Assembly (NCBI GenBank): GCA_949155905.1
Contig: CASCWU010000004.1
Span: forward strand, 174-64,173
Origin: an uncultured Lachnospiraceae bacterium
GTDB taxonomy: Bacteria > Bacillota > Clostridia > Lachnospirales > Lachnospiraceae
Direction: 5' to 3'
Length of the DNA: 64,000 nt
Shown here: piece by piece, positions 34,670 to 42,946 of the stretch
Layout: every line of letters begins with the position of its first letter
Numbering within the stretch: the stretch's first letter is position 1
Program-made: the position numbers and the translations under genes
The notes under the pieces: generated by a model
Databases searched by the model: none
The model's input: the letters and a program-made list of their open reading frames with translations, nothing else
What the model was told of the DNA's origin: nothing

Positions 34670-34766
34670 AATTTCCTAGAATGCTAAGTTTCCTAAAACG
34701 CTAAGTTCGCATAAGTTTTTCTAATGAATTATCTTAGAAAATCGAATAGCTTCCTTTCTTTCTTTT

Positions 34767-34775
34767 TGCTATAAT
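34767..34775 (+). promoter_or_regulatory. Extended -10 element (TGcTATAAT) upstream of the aldo-keto reductase genes
   Basis: tgctataat lies about 75 bp before the ATG at 34851. The -35 is poor. GCTAAGTT direct repeats lie just upstream (34683..34720). Confidence 0.4.
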
Positions 34776-34850
34776 AGCCATAATCAAGCAGAATAGAACG
34801 GCAAAAGGAAACATAAGAATCAAGCAAAAACAAGAAAGGAAGGTATTCCT

Positions 34851-35978
34851 ATGTCAGAGTATTTCGGCAAAGATACATTTAAACTGGGCTTCGGCCTGAT
34901 GCGTCTGCCAAAATTGGAGGACGGAAAAACAGAGGACATCGATCAGGTCTGCCAGATGGTCGATCTGTTTTTAGAAGCAGGTGGTACTTATTTTGACACT
35001 GCCTATGTATATGACGACGGCTTATCCGAGGAGGCAATCAAAAAGGCGTTGGTTGACCGCTATCCAAGAGAGCGTTATACCCTCTGTACCAAGCTGTGCG
35101 CCTGGCTGCAGTGCCATGACGAAGAAAGTGCCAAGCAGCAGTTTTATACCAGCCTGGAGCGTACCGGCGCAGGGTATTTCGACTACTACCTGCTGCATGC
35201 CCTTCAGCGTAACAATTACAAAAAATACGACGAATACCATATCTGGGAGTTTGCCCAGGAACAAAAAGCAAAAGGGTTAATCAAATATTGGGGCTTCTCC
35301 TTCCATGCGGATCCGGATCTGTTAGAGGAGCTTCTTACCGATCATCCAGAAGTCGATTTTGTCCAGCTGCAAATCAATTATGCTGACTGGGACAATCCTG
35401 GCGTTGCTGCCCGTCAGTGCTGGGAAATTGCCCGGAAGCACGGGAAATCCATTACGGTTATGGAGCCGGTAAAGGGTGGAGCATTAGCCAACCCGATTCC
35501 AAAGGTACAGGAAATTTTTAAGGCTGCTGCACCGAATATGTCCTTCGCCTCCTGGGCGATCCGCTATGCTGCCTCTTTGGATGGCATTATTACTGTACTT
35601 TCTGGTATGAGCAATCTCGAACAAATGAAGGATAACCTTAGCTATATGAAGCAATTCCAGCCATTATCGGAGGCGGAACAGGAGGTCATTCAAAGGGTTC
35701 AGATCGCTTTGACCGAGGATAAGTCAATTGCCTGTACCGCCTGCCATTATTGTACCGGCGGCTGCCCGATGAACATACCGATCCCGGAAATTTTCGCTAT
35801 CCGCAACGATGCCCTGGCCAATCAGCCTTGGGACGGCGGCAAAAGAGGATATAGTATCGCGACCGCCAACAAGGGAAAAGCTGGCGACTGTATTCAATGC
35901 GGCCAGTGTGAGGCTGCTTGTCCGCAGCATCTGCCGATTATCAGCTTGTTAGAGGATTGTGTAAACGCGATGGAATAA
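34851..35978 (+). CDS. Aldo/keto reductase with C-terminal 4Fe-4S ferredoxin-type domain
   Basis: FDTAYVYDDGLSEE and the AKR core. The C-terminus has CTACHYCTGGCP and CIQCGQCEAACP cluster motifs. Confidence 0.85.
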   Translation: MSEYFGKDTFKLGFGLMRLPKLEDGKTEDIDQVCQMVDLFLEAGGTYFDTAYVYDDGLSEEAIKKALVDRYPRERYTLCTKLCAWLQCHDEESAKQQFYTSLERTGAGYFDYYLLHALQRNNYKKYDEYHIWEFAQEQKAKGLIKYWGFSFHADPDLLEELLTDHPEVDFVQLQINYADWDNPGVAARQCWEIARKHGKSITVMEPVKGGALANPIPKVQEIFKAAAPNMSFASWAIRYAASLDGIITVLSGMSNLEQMKDNLSYMKQFQPLSEAEQEVIQRVQIALTEDKSIACTACHYCTGGCPMNIPIPEIFAIRNDALANQPWDGGKRGYSIATANKGKAGDCIQCGQCEAACPQHLPIISLLEDCVNAME

Positions 35979-36016
35979 CAGAAAGATGAATGTGTCTAAA
36001 AAAGGAGCGATTTTTT

Positions 36017-37021
36017 ATGGTTACAAGAACATTAGGAGCTACCAATATACCAATTTCCCCGGTCGGCCTAGGCTGTATGGGGCTTTCCCATGCGTTCGGC
36101 ACGCCGCTGGAAAAAAATGAGGCCGCCGACAAAATCCGTCAGGCCTATGAAATGGGTTATACCTTTTTTGATACTGCAGAATGTTACACGGGAACAAATC
36201 CAGACGGTACGACAGCTTATAACGAAGAAGCCGTTGGAATCGGCATCAAGGACTTCCGGCATAACATCACCCTTGCAACGAAATGCGGCGTTTCCTTTTC
36301 CGGGAACCAAATGCTTTTAGACAGCAGCCCGGAAACCATCCGACGCTCGGTAGAAGGGAGTCTAAAACGCTTGCAGACGGATTATATCGATCTGTACTAT
36401 CAGCACCGCCTTGATCCAAAGGTAGAACCGGAAACCGTAGCCGAGACGATGGCACAGCTGATCAAAGAGGGAAAAATCCGTTCCTGGGGAATCTCCTGCG
36501 TCACCGAGGACTACCTCCGCCGCGCTCATGCTGTCTGTCCAGTATCCGCCGTCCAAAATGTCTACTCTGTCATTGATCGGGAAACAGAGAACCTGTTTTC
36601 TGCTTTTGAAGAGCTTGGTATCACCCTGGTGGCCTTTACCCCGTTAGCAAAGGGCTTCTTGTCCGGACGTTATCAGGAACGTCCAAGCTTTGAACATCCA
36701 GAGGATAACCGAAGCGGACGCTTCCAGTTCTCTGAGGAGGGCTTTTCCTACTATCAGCAGGCACTTAACCTGATCCGTACGGTTGCAGAAAAGAAGCAGG
36801 CTACAATGGCTCAAATCTGCCTGGCCTGGATGATTCATAAAAAACCATGGATTGTGCCTATTCCCGGCACGAGAAGCCCAGAGCGGATGAAGGAAAATCT
36901 TATGGCGGCAGAGGTTGTACTAAGCCAGGAAGAAATCTTTGAAATTGATCACGCCTTAAACCAAATGAATCTGGCGGATGCCGCTAGCAGAAGGCTAAGT
37001 AAGCCAAAGATGGTTCCATAA
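36017..37021 (+). CDS. Aldo/keto reductase
   Basis: Start at MVTRTLGATNIPISPVGLGCMG with an AAGGAG RBS. It has FFDTAECY and IDLYYQHRLDP motifs. Confidence 0.85.
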   Translation: MVTRTLGATNIPISPVGLGCMGLSHAFGTPLEKNEAADKIRQAYEMGYTFFDTAECYTGTNPDGTTAYNEEAVGIGIKDFRHNITLATKCGVSFSGNQMLLDSSPETIRRSVEGSLKRLQTDYIDLYYQHRLDPKVEPETVAETMAQLIKEGKIRSWGISCVTEDYLRRAHAVCPVSAVQNVYSVIDRETENLFSAFEELGITLVAFTPLAKGFLSGRYQERPSFEHPEDNRSGRFQFSEEGFSYYQQALNLIRTVAEKKQATMAQICLAWMIHKKPWIVPIPGTRSPERMKENLMAAEVVLSQEEIFEIDHALNQMNLADAASRRLSKPKMVP

Positions 37022-37073
37022 CCATGTTATCCTTGCGGGAACTTCCTTCTCAAATATCGATCCATGCACCCTT
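37020..37073. repeat. Direct repeat copy 1 (54 bp) flanking the PIN/Phd cassette
   Basis: aaccatgttatccttgcGggaacttccttctcaaatatcgatccatgcaccctt. It matches 37936..37989 at 53 of 54 positions. Confidence 0.9.
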
Positions 37074-37128
37074 TAACATCACTCCATACACCCTCCATTA
37101 AAAAAACGGCCAGCTTCTTTTACGTTAT

Positions 37129-37157
37129 TTGACAAATGGGTAAAAATAGGGTACTAT
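37129..37157 (+). promoter_or_regulatory. Promoter of the Phd/PIN operon with overlapping inverted repeat
   Basis: TTGACA-N17-TACTAT. The inverted repeat AATAGG-N7-CCTATT spans the -10. Confidence 0.6.
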
Positions 37158-37185
37158 CCTATTAAATAAATTTAGGAGGTGGCAT

Positions 37186-37419
37186 ATGACGACTGTTACT
37201 ACAACAGAACTACAACAAGATTTCGGAAAATATTTACAGATGGTGCAGGCAGGAGGAGAAGTTATCATTTTAAAAAACGGAAAAGAAGTAGCCCGGTTAA
37301 TTTCCCATGAAAAAAGTATTTCTTTTTTGACGGATTCTTTAACTGGTATTTTAAAGGGAGATTATGATGACAAAATGATAACAAAAGAAAGGATGCAGAA
37401 ATATGAAAATATTGGTTGA
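37186..37419 (+). CDS. Type II antitoxin, Phd/YefM family
   Basis: 77 aa with an AGGAGG RBS. VTTTELQQDFGKYLQMVQAGGEVIILKNGKEVARLIS is the Phd/YefM N-terminal fold pattern. It overlaps the toxin gene by 17 bp. Confidence 0.8.
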   Translation: MTTVTTTELQQDFGKYLQMVQAGGEVIILKNGKEVARLISHEKSISFLTDSLTGILKGDYDDKMITKERMQKYENIG

Positions 37420-37822
37420 TACAAATGTGCTTCTTGATGTACTTTGTAAAAGACCAGCCTTTTATGAAGATTCTGCAAAAATATTCAAATTATGTGAAGC
37501 CGGGGAAGTATCTGGTATAATTTCTGCCCTGTCTGTTCCTAATATTGTTTACATTATGCGGAAGGAATTAGATACAGAAAAAATCAAGCACACTTTAGAA
37601 AATTTATCTCTTATCTTCTCTATTATGGATTTAACAGGAGAAGATTTACACAAGGCAGCAAATATGGACTTTAAAGATTATGAAGATGCTATACAAAGTG
37701 CCTGTGCGGTTCGCGCTAAAGCAAACTTTTTGATTACGAGAAATATTTCTGGTTTTGGGAAAAGCCAGATCCCTGCCCTTCTTCCTTCCGAACTATTGAC
37801 CAACTTCACCTGTTCCATATGA
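37403..37822 (+). CDS. Type II toxin, PIN-domain (VapC-like) ribonuclease
   Basis: MKILVDTNVLLDVL (first acidic residue), with downstream acidic residues (DYEDAIQ, ITRN). Confidence 0.8.
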   Translation: MKILVDTNVLLDVLCKRPAFYEDSAKIFKLCEAGEVSGIISALSVPNIVYIMRKELDTEKIKHTLENLSLIFSIMDLTGEDLHKAANMDFKDYEDAIQSACAVRAKANFLITRNISGFGKSQIPALLPSELLTNFTCSI

Positions 37823-37832
37823 GTATTTTACG

Positions 37833-37900
37833 GGCTGTGAAGCCAGCCGATCTGATTCTTATCACTCCGGCTCCTTCACAGCCTTTATTTCTATCCCTTT
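37833..37900 (+). terminator. Terminator of the TA operon
   Basis: GGCTGTGAAG ... CTTCACAGCC, a 10-bp stem with a long loop, followed by a T-rich tract. Confidence 0.5.
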
Positions 37901-37935
37901 TCTTTTTCCCTTTTCCTTCTTCTCGTTTTCCATAC

Positions 37936-37989
37936 AACCATGTTATCCTTGCAGGAACTTCCTTCTCAAATATCGATCCATGCACCCTT
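37936..37989. repeat. Direct repeat copy 2 (54 bp); includes the last 8 codons and stop of the dehydratase gene
   Basis: See copy 1. It encodes ...KGAWIDI* on the minus strand. Confidence 0.9.
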
Positions 37990-39720
37990 CATCGGGGAAA
38001 CGGCCAGTTCAGAAAAAATCCGCAGCACCCCGCGCGGATATTTGGCTGGCTTTGGCTTCCAGGCCTTCCGCCGTTCCATGAGAATCGCCTCGATCTCTTC
38101 TTCGCTCCGGCGCTCTCCCTTTATACCAACAATCGCCAACCGCCGTTTTTCCACATCCAGCTCAATCAAATCCCCTTCCTCTACCAAGGCAATCGGCCCG
38201 CCTGCCTGCGCCTCCGGGCTGCAATGGCCAATCACTGGGCCGGTCGAGGCACCGGAAAAACGTCCGTCGGTAATCAAGGCAATGCTGCGTCCCAGCTCTT
38301 TATCAGAAGAAATCGCCTCCGAGGTATAAAACATTTCCGGCATCCCGGAGCCCTTTGGCCCTTCATAACGGATAAACACCGCATCGCCTGGCTTTACCTT
38401 ATGGTGCAGCACCGCGTCGATACATTCCTCCTCGCTGTCAAACGGCCTGGCAGAAAGAACAGCAGAAAACATTTCCTTTGGGCAGGCGGTATGCTTGATC
38501 ACTGCCCCTTCTGGTGCCAGGTTTCCTTTTAAAATCGCAATCGATCCGTCTGTCCCAAGCGCTTTGTCCCATGGACGGATGATATCCTGGCGGGTCAGCT
38601 TCGTCCCGCAGCGTCTGTTCGCCTGCCCCAGCCAGTCCTCACAGCGTTCGTAAAAGCCGTTCTGCTTCAATTCCTCCAGGTTTTCACCCAAGGTCTTTCC
38701 GGTCACGGTTTTCACCTCTAAATGCAGCACGCTTTTTAATTCCTCCATAATCGCCGGAACGCCTCCTGCATAATAAAAGAACTCGGCAGGCCAACGTCCC
38801 GTTGGGCGTACATCCAACAGGTAATGCGCCCCGCGGTGCAGACGATCAAACGTCTCCCCGGTGATCTCGATTCTATATTCGTGCGCTATCGCCGGCAGAT
38901 GGAGCAGACAGTTCGTGGAACCGGAAACTGCCGCATGAACCAAAATCGCATTTTCAAAGCTTTCCAAGGTGACAATATCACACGGGCGCATCCCTTCCTC
39001 ATACGCCATCTGAACGGCACGCTCCCCCGCTCGGCGGGCATACTCGAACAAATCCGGACTATTTGCCGGAAGTAAGGCACTTCCTGGCAGCGCCAGCCCT
39101 AATGCCTCCGCCATAATCTGCATCGTCGAAGCCGTCCCGATAAAAGAACAGGCTCCGCAACCAGGACAGGCATTTTCCTTTGCCCAATCCAGCTTTGCCG
39201 CATCGATTTCTCCCCGCTCGTATTTGGCTGAATACATACCAAGCTGCTCCAGCGTCAATAAATCTGGTCCTGCCGCCATCGCCCCGCCTGTTACTACGAC
39301 GGAAGGAATGTTCACTCTTGCCAGCCCGATCAGGTTGCCTGGCAGCCCTTTATCACAGCTGGCTATGTAGACTCCTGCGTCAAACGGCGTGGCGTTCGCC
39401 TGAATTTCTATCATATTGGCGATCATTTCCCTACTGGCCAGAGAATAATTGATTCCATCCGTTCCCTGGCTCTCTCCGTCACAGATATCGGTACAGAAAT
39501 ACCGCGCACCATGGCCGCCCGCCTGGGCAATCCCTTCACAGGCCGCCTGCACCAGCTTGTCCAGATGCCCAGAGCCTGGATGGCTGTCGCCGAAGGTGCT
39601 TTCGACGAAAATCTGCGGCTTGGATAAATCTGCCTTTGACCAGCCTGTTCCCAGGCGCAGAGGATCCAGTTCTGGAGAAAGGCGGCGCATTTTTTGGCTG
39701 GTTAGTTCTTTTTCTGACAT
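37966..39720 (-). CDS. IlvD/Edd-family dehydratase (sugar-acid dehydratase-like)
   Basis: Start at MSEKELTSQKMRR. DICDGESQGTDGINYSLASREMIA, ASCDKGLPG, and CPGCGACSFIGTASTMQ (Fe-S ligand region) are family hallmarks. The CDG.SQG motif looks closer to Edd/YjhG-type than to canonical IlvD. Confidence 0.8.
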   Translation of the reverse strand: MSEKELTSQKMRRLSPELDPLRLGTGWSKADLSKPQIFVESTFGDSHPGSGHLDKLVQAACEGIAQAGGHGARYFCTDICDGESQGTDGINYSLASREMIANMIEIQANATPFDAGVYIASCDKGLPGNLIGLARVNIPSVVVTGGAMAAGPDLLTLEQLGMYSAKYERGEIDAAKLDWAKENACPGCGACSFIGTASTMQIMAEALGLALPGSALLPANSPDLFEYARRAGERAVQMAYEEGMRPCDIVTLESFENAILVHAAVSGSTNCLLHLPAIAHEYRIEITGETFDRLHRGAHYLLDVRPTGRWPAEFFYYAGGVPAIMEELKSVLHLEVKTVTGKTLGENLEELKQNGFYERCEDWLGQANRRCGTKLTRQDIIRPWDKALGTDGSIAILKGNLAPEGAVIKHTACPKEMFSAVLSARPFDSEEECIDAVLHHKVKPGDAVFIRYEGPKGSGMPEMFYTSEAISSDKELGRSIALITDGRFSGASTGPVIGHCSPEAQAGGPIALVEEGDLIELDVEKRRLAIVGIKGERRSEEEIEAILMERRKAWKPKPAKYPRGVLRIFSELAVSPMKGAWIDI

Positions 39721-39904
39721 AGATACTATCTCCCTTTCTTCTTTGTGTGTGATGATATTTGACTGCAAAATAATATGGTATCATTATACTGAACTTTTTT
39801 ATATTGGTCAATGAAGGTACGTGTTTTATAAGGAATATAATAGATAACTCTCATTACCGGGCAGAATAGAAAGATCGCAATATTTAAGAAAAACAAAAGT
39901 TACG

Positions 39905-40005
39905 CAAAAAGTTCTTTGAAAAATATTTCTTTTCTTACAAAAAGTCCTTGAAAAAAGATAGTATTTTCCTCAAAAACTCCCTTGAAAAAGTTATCATTCT
40001 TTTTA
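39905..40005. repeat. 3 x ~33-bp tandem repeat in the dehydratase / GntR intergenic region
   Basis: caaaaagttctttgaaaaatatttcttttctta / caaaaagtccttgaaaaaagatagtattttcct / caaaaactcccttgaaaaagttatcattctttt. Confidence 0.8.
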
Positions 40006-40077
40006 TATGGCGTTTTTGCTCCAGGCAGTCTGACACATTTAGCAAAGCTAACAAATGAGACAACATTCCTATTGCTC

Positions 40078-40128
40078 TTGACAAACATGTGCATATAGTG
40101 TATATATAATTATATACAGTTTATGCAC
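40078..40128 (+). promoter_or_regulatory. Strong sigma-A promoter overlapped by nested inverted repeats (probable GntR operator)
   Basis: TTGACA(40078)-N17-TATATA(40101). Nested inverted repeats GTGCATA..TGTATATA-taat-TATATACA..TATGCAC span 40089..40128. Confidence 0.6.
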
Positions 40129-40468
40129 ACTATTTATAAGGAGTGTTCCCTATGCTGAAGCTGGATCATATTTCCAAACAATTACTGTGGCCTTTTGGAA
40201 AATGGCAGCGCCCGGAACTGGCTCGCCGGGCTTCCGCTGTTGTTTGCCCTTTTTTGTGACCTTGCTGCGTTGGCCGTCAGTTTTTGAATTCTGGTAGATT
40301 TTTGCCGTACTGACTGGATTGCTGCTGCCGATGGTCATTTTTACTGCCAAACGCTGGAAGCGGCTCCGCCGCAGGCTTGCCGAGTGCCGCCTACCCGTCT
40401 GCTGACAAGGTCAGTTCGTTTCCGGCGCACAAGGGCTTTCAGAAATCGTTCCAGACAGGAGGAGGATT

Positions 40469-40834
40469 ATGCAGATTATCATCGAACCGCATAGCACCTA
40501 TGCCATTTATGAACAAATCGTCAACCAGATGAAAAACGCCATTGTTTCCGGTGTCCTGTCGGCTAACGAGGCGCTGCCCTCTATCCGTGGGCTGGCAGCG
40601 GAAATCGGCGTAAGTGTTATCACAACCAAACGCGCTTATGAGGAGCTAGAAAAGGAAGGACTGATTCGCTCTGTAGCCAACAAAGGTTTTTATGTCTGCG
40701 AATACAATACGGACTATTTGCACGAAAAACAACTGATACAGTTGGAAAAGCATTTTTCCGAATCGATCCGGCTGGCGCGGCAGGCAGGGCTGTCCGATGA
40801 GGAAATCCGGGATATGCTGGATGGATTATTATAA
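40469..40834 (+). CDS. GntR-family (YtrA-like, short) transcriptional regulator
   Basis: 121 aa with a GGAGGAGG RBS. LPSIRGLAAEIGVSVITTKRAYEELEKEGLI is the GntR wHTH. Confidence 0.85.
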   Translation: MQIIIEPHSTYAIYEQIVNQMKNAIVSGVLSANEALPSIRGLAAEIGVSVITTKRAYEELEKEGLIRSVANKGFYVCEYNTDYLHEKQLIQLEKHFSESIRLARQAGLSDEEIRDMLDGLL

Positions 40835-41302
40835 AGAAAGAAAAATAGGTTCTTGGAGTGAATCTATAAAATGGAAAGCTCGGAAAGCGCATAAAATAAG
40901 GCTTAGAAATTCCAGTTAGTCTTTGCTATCTCACATCGTCCGAAGCTCTTTTGTGGAAACGGATATACAGAATAATAGAAAATATACAGAAATATAGAAA
41001 ATTGGGGAGAAATAGTCCAGCTTAGCTACCTCTTCCGCTTTTTCTGGAAGCTGGCGCTTATCGGAAGTATCCTGCAAGCCTTAGGCGCTGCAGTCGAATT
41101 TCACACTGTTTCTCTGGCCAATTTCGCCTATGCAGCAGAAATTTTACTGCTGGCTCCTCTGACGGCAGGAATTGTCTTAATCTGGTCAGAACAATACTGT
41201 GTTTCTGCCCTGAAATAAGGAACGAATCTTTTGCAGTTATATACCACAAAAGCCGCCTTAAAAAATACCATATAAAAAAATGGCAAGAAAGGAGTATTTT
41301 CA

Positions 41303-42604
41303 ATGATGCAGACCTATACCCTCTCCGGCCGGAGGAGCGCTTCCCGTTACGCCTCCCAGGACAGCCTGGAGGACGCCCTTTTCTATTTAAAACACCCTCA
41401 GTCCTTCCGCACCTTTAGCAAGGGACTGACCGAATTATTGCAGAAAAAAGGCTTTTCCGGCGACAGCACAAAGCCGGAAGAGCTGGCGGACTATCTGTTT
41501 CCCCGTCTACAGGAGATTTCCTCTGGTATCAGCCGGAAAACACTCCTCTCCTGGCTTTCCGGAAAGCACAGTCCCAAAATCGAAGCAAGCAGCAGACGTT
41601 CGATGTACGAGCTTTGCTTTGCTCTAAATCTGACCTATGAGGAAACACTTTGGTTTTTCCAGCATGTCTACTACGACCGAGCCTTTAATTGCCATACGAT
41701 AACGGAATCTGTCTTTTACTATGCCTTCCTGCATGGGCTTTCCTATGCCAAGGCTTTAAAACTGATCGAGTATATCGAATCTGCTCCGGCCGGAGAAGCG
41801 GCCTCTCTGTCTCCTTCCTACACACACTTTGTTCAAAGCAGCATCACCAACTTTCGTTCCGCCGAAGAGCTGACTGATTTTTTGATCCACAACCGGGAAA
41901 ATTTCCATCTCTGGAACCAAAGCGCCCAGACACACCTTCATGCTCTGGTAAACGATCTGCTTGGCTCCTCTGCCTTTCGGACAGAACTAGACCGTTTGAA
42001 ACGGCTGCTGGCAAGAAATCGCCGCTCCGGTCATCTGTCTCACCCTTCCCTTCCAAAGCAAATCCGTTCTGACCAAAAAGGAGCCTACGGGCTTATTCTG
42101 CAGGAAATCTTTTTCGATGCCTGCTGCTCCTCTGCGGAATCTGCCGCCGAGGCAGTTTTAGAGCAGATCGAACATCAAAACGTATTTTCCTACAGCTTTT
42201 TGCTGCGCTATCTTTTGTCCACTTCAGCAGGTACGAAAAGAGAACCTTCCATTCCTTATGTAGTGCGAAACAACTTTCCCAGCAAGAAAGTACTCTCCGA
42301 CGTGCTTTCCGAGGAAAAGCTTTCTGTCTCCAAATCCTATGACTCCATCCGAAAAATGCTGGTACTGCTGGATTTTTACCGTTTTTGGGTTCGGATCAAG
42401 CTAGGTCTGGCAGAGCTTACCGATATCCCGGCAAGTCAGCAGTTTGACATTTACTTGGAGGAAGCGGATCACCTTCTCTGGCAATGCGGCTACGAAGGCC
42501 TGTACGCTGGAAATCCCTATGACTGGATTTTTCTCTGCGCGGGACAAAGTGAAAATCCGCTGGACTTTTTCCGTTCCTTTATCAGTGAATTGCTCCCGGA
42601 GTAG
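41303..42604 (+). CDS. Hypothetical protein (possible degenerate N-terminal HTH)
   Basis: 433-aa ORF with an AAGGAG RBS. ISRKTLLSWLSGKHSPK resembles an XRE recognition helix, but no domain is confidently recognised. Its 3' end overlaps the convergent HTH gene by 23 bp. Confidence 0.5.
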   Translation: MMQTYTLSGRRSASRYASQDSLEDALFYLKHPQSFRTFSKGLTELLQKKGFSGDSTKPEELADYLFPRLQEISSGISRKTLLSWLSGKHSPKIEASSRRSMYELCFALNLTYEETLWFFQHVYYDRAFNCHTITESVFYYAFLHGLSYAKALKLIEYIESAPAGEAASLSPSYTHFVQSSITNFRSAEELTDFLIHNRENFHLWNQSAQTHLHALVNDLLGSSAFRTELDRLKRLLARNRRSGHLSHPSLPKQIRSDQKGAYGLILQEIFFDACCSSAESAAEAVLEQIEHQNVFSYSFLLRYLLSTSAGTKREPSIPYVVRNNFPSKKVLSDVLSEEKLSVSKSYDSIRKMLVLLDFYRFWVRIKLGLAELTDIPASQQFDIYLEEADHLLWQCGYEGLYAGNPYDWIFLCAGQSENPLDFFRSFISELLPE

Positions 42605-42827
42605 GCTGTATCCGATAGCCCTCCTTCTGCCGATCATATATTAGCCTTCTGTCCCGCCCGCTTTCTACCCGTTCCTCCGCCAGAAACGCCTTGATGTCCG
42701 CGATATCGCGTTGTACCGTCCGTATTGTCACCTGAAATTCCTGAGCGGCCTGTACCGGGTTAATACATTTGCCCTCATCCAGCCATACATACAGCCTCAA
42801 AATTCTGTAATTTTTGTTTGTCTTCAT
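42582..42827 (-). CDS. Small HTH protein (HTH_11/YafY N-terminal-like, no WYL domain)
   Basis: 81 aa with an AGGAGG RBS. INPVQAAQEFQVTIRTVQRDIADIKAFL is the HTH_11-type motif. It lies 119 bp downstream of the kinase-STAND gene on the same strand. Confidence 0.6.
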   Translation of the reverse strand: MKTNKNYRILRLYVWLDEGKCINPVQAAQEFQVTIRTVQRDIADIKAFLAEERVESGRDRRLIYDRQKEGYRIQPTPGAIH

Positions 42828-42946
42828 ATGAAAAGCCTCCTACTGGCAGTCGTTCTGCTACAGCAAGCTTATCATATAGACCATTCCAGTTTGTAAAAGT
42901 GTTGTAACGTTCCGATAGAACGTCTGAATGCTTCTATTTTCTTAAT

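Noticed and set aside
37819-38532. 237-aa + strand ORF (and 37940..38329) overlapping the dehydratase gene
   Set aside because: It is antisense to a strongly supported IlvD/Edd gene. The translation is Pro/Arg/Leu-rich with no motifs, and no RBS is present. It is a shadow ORF.
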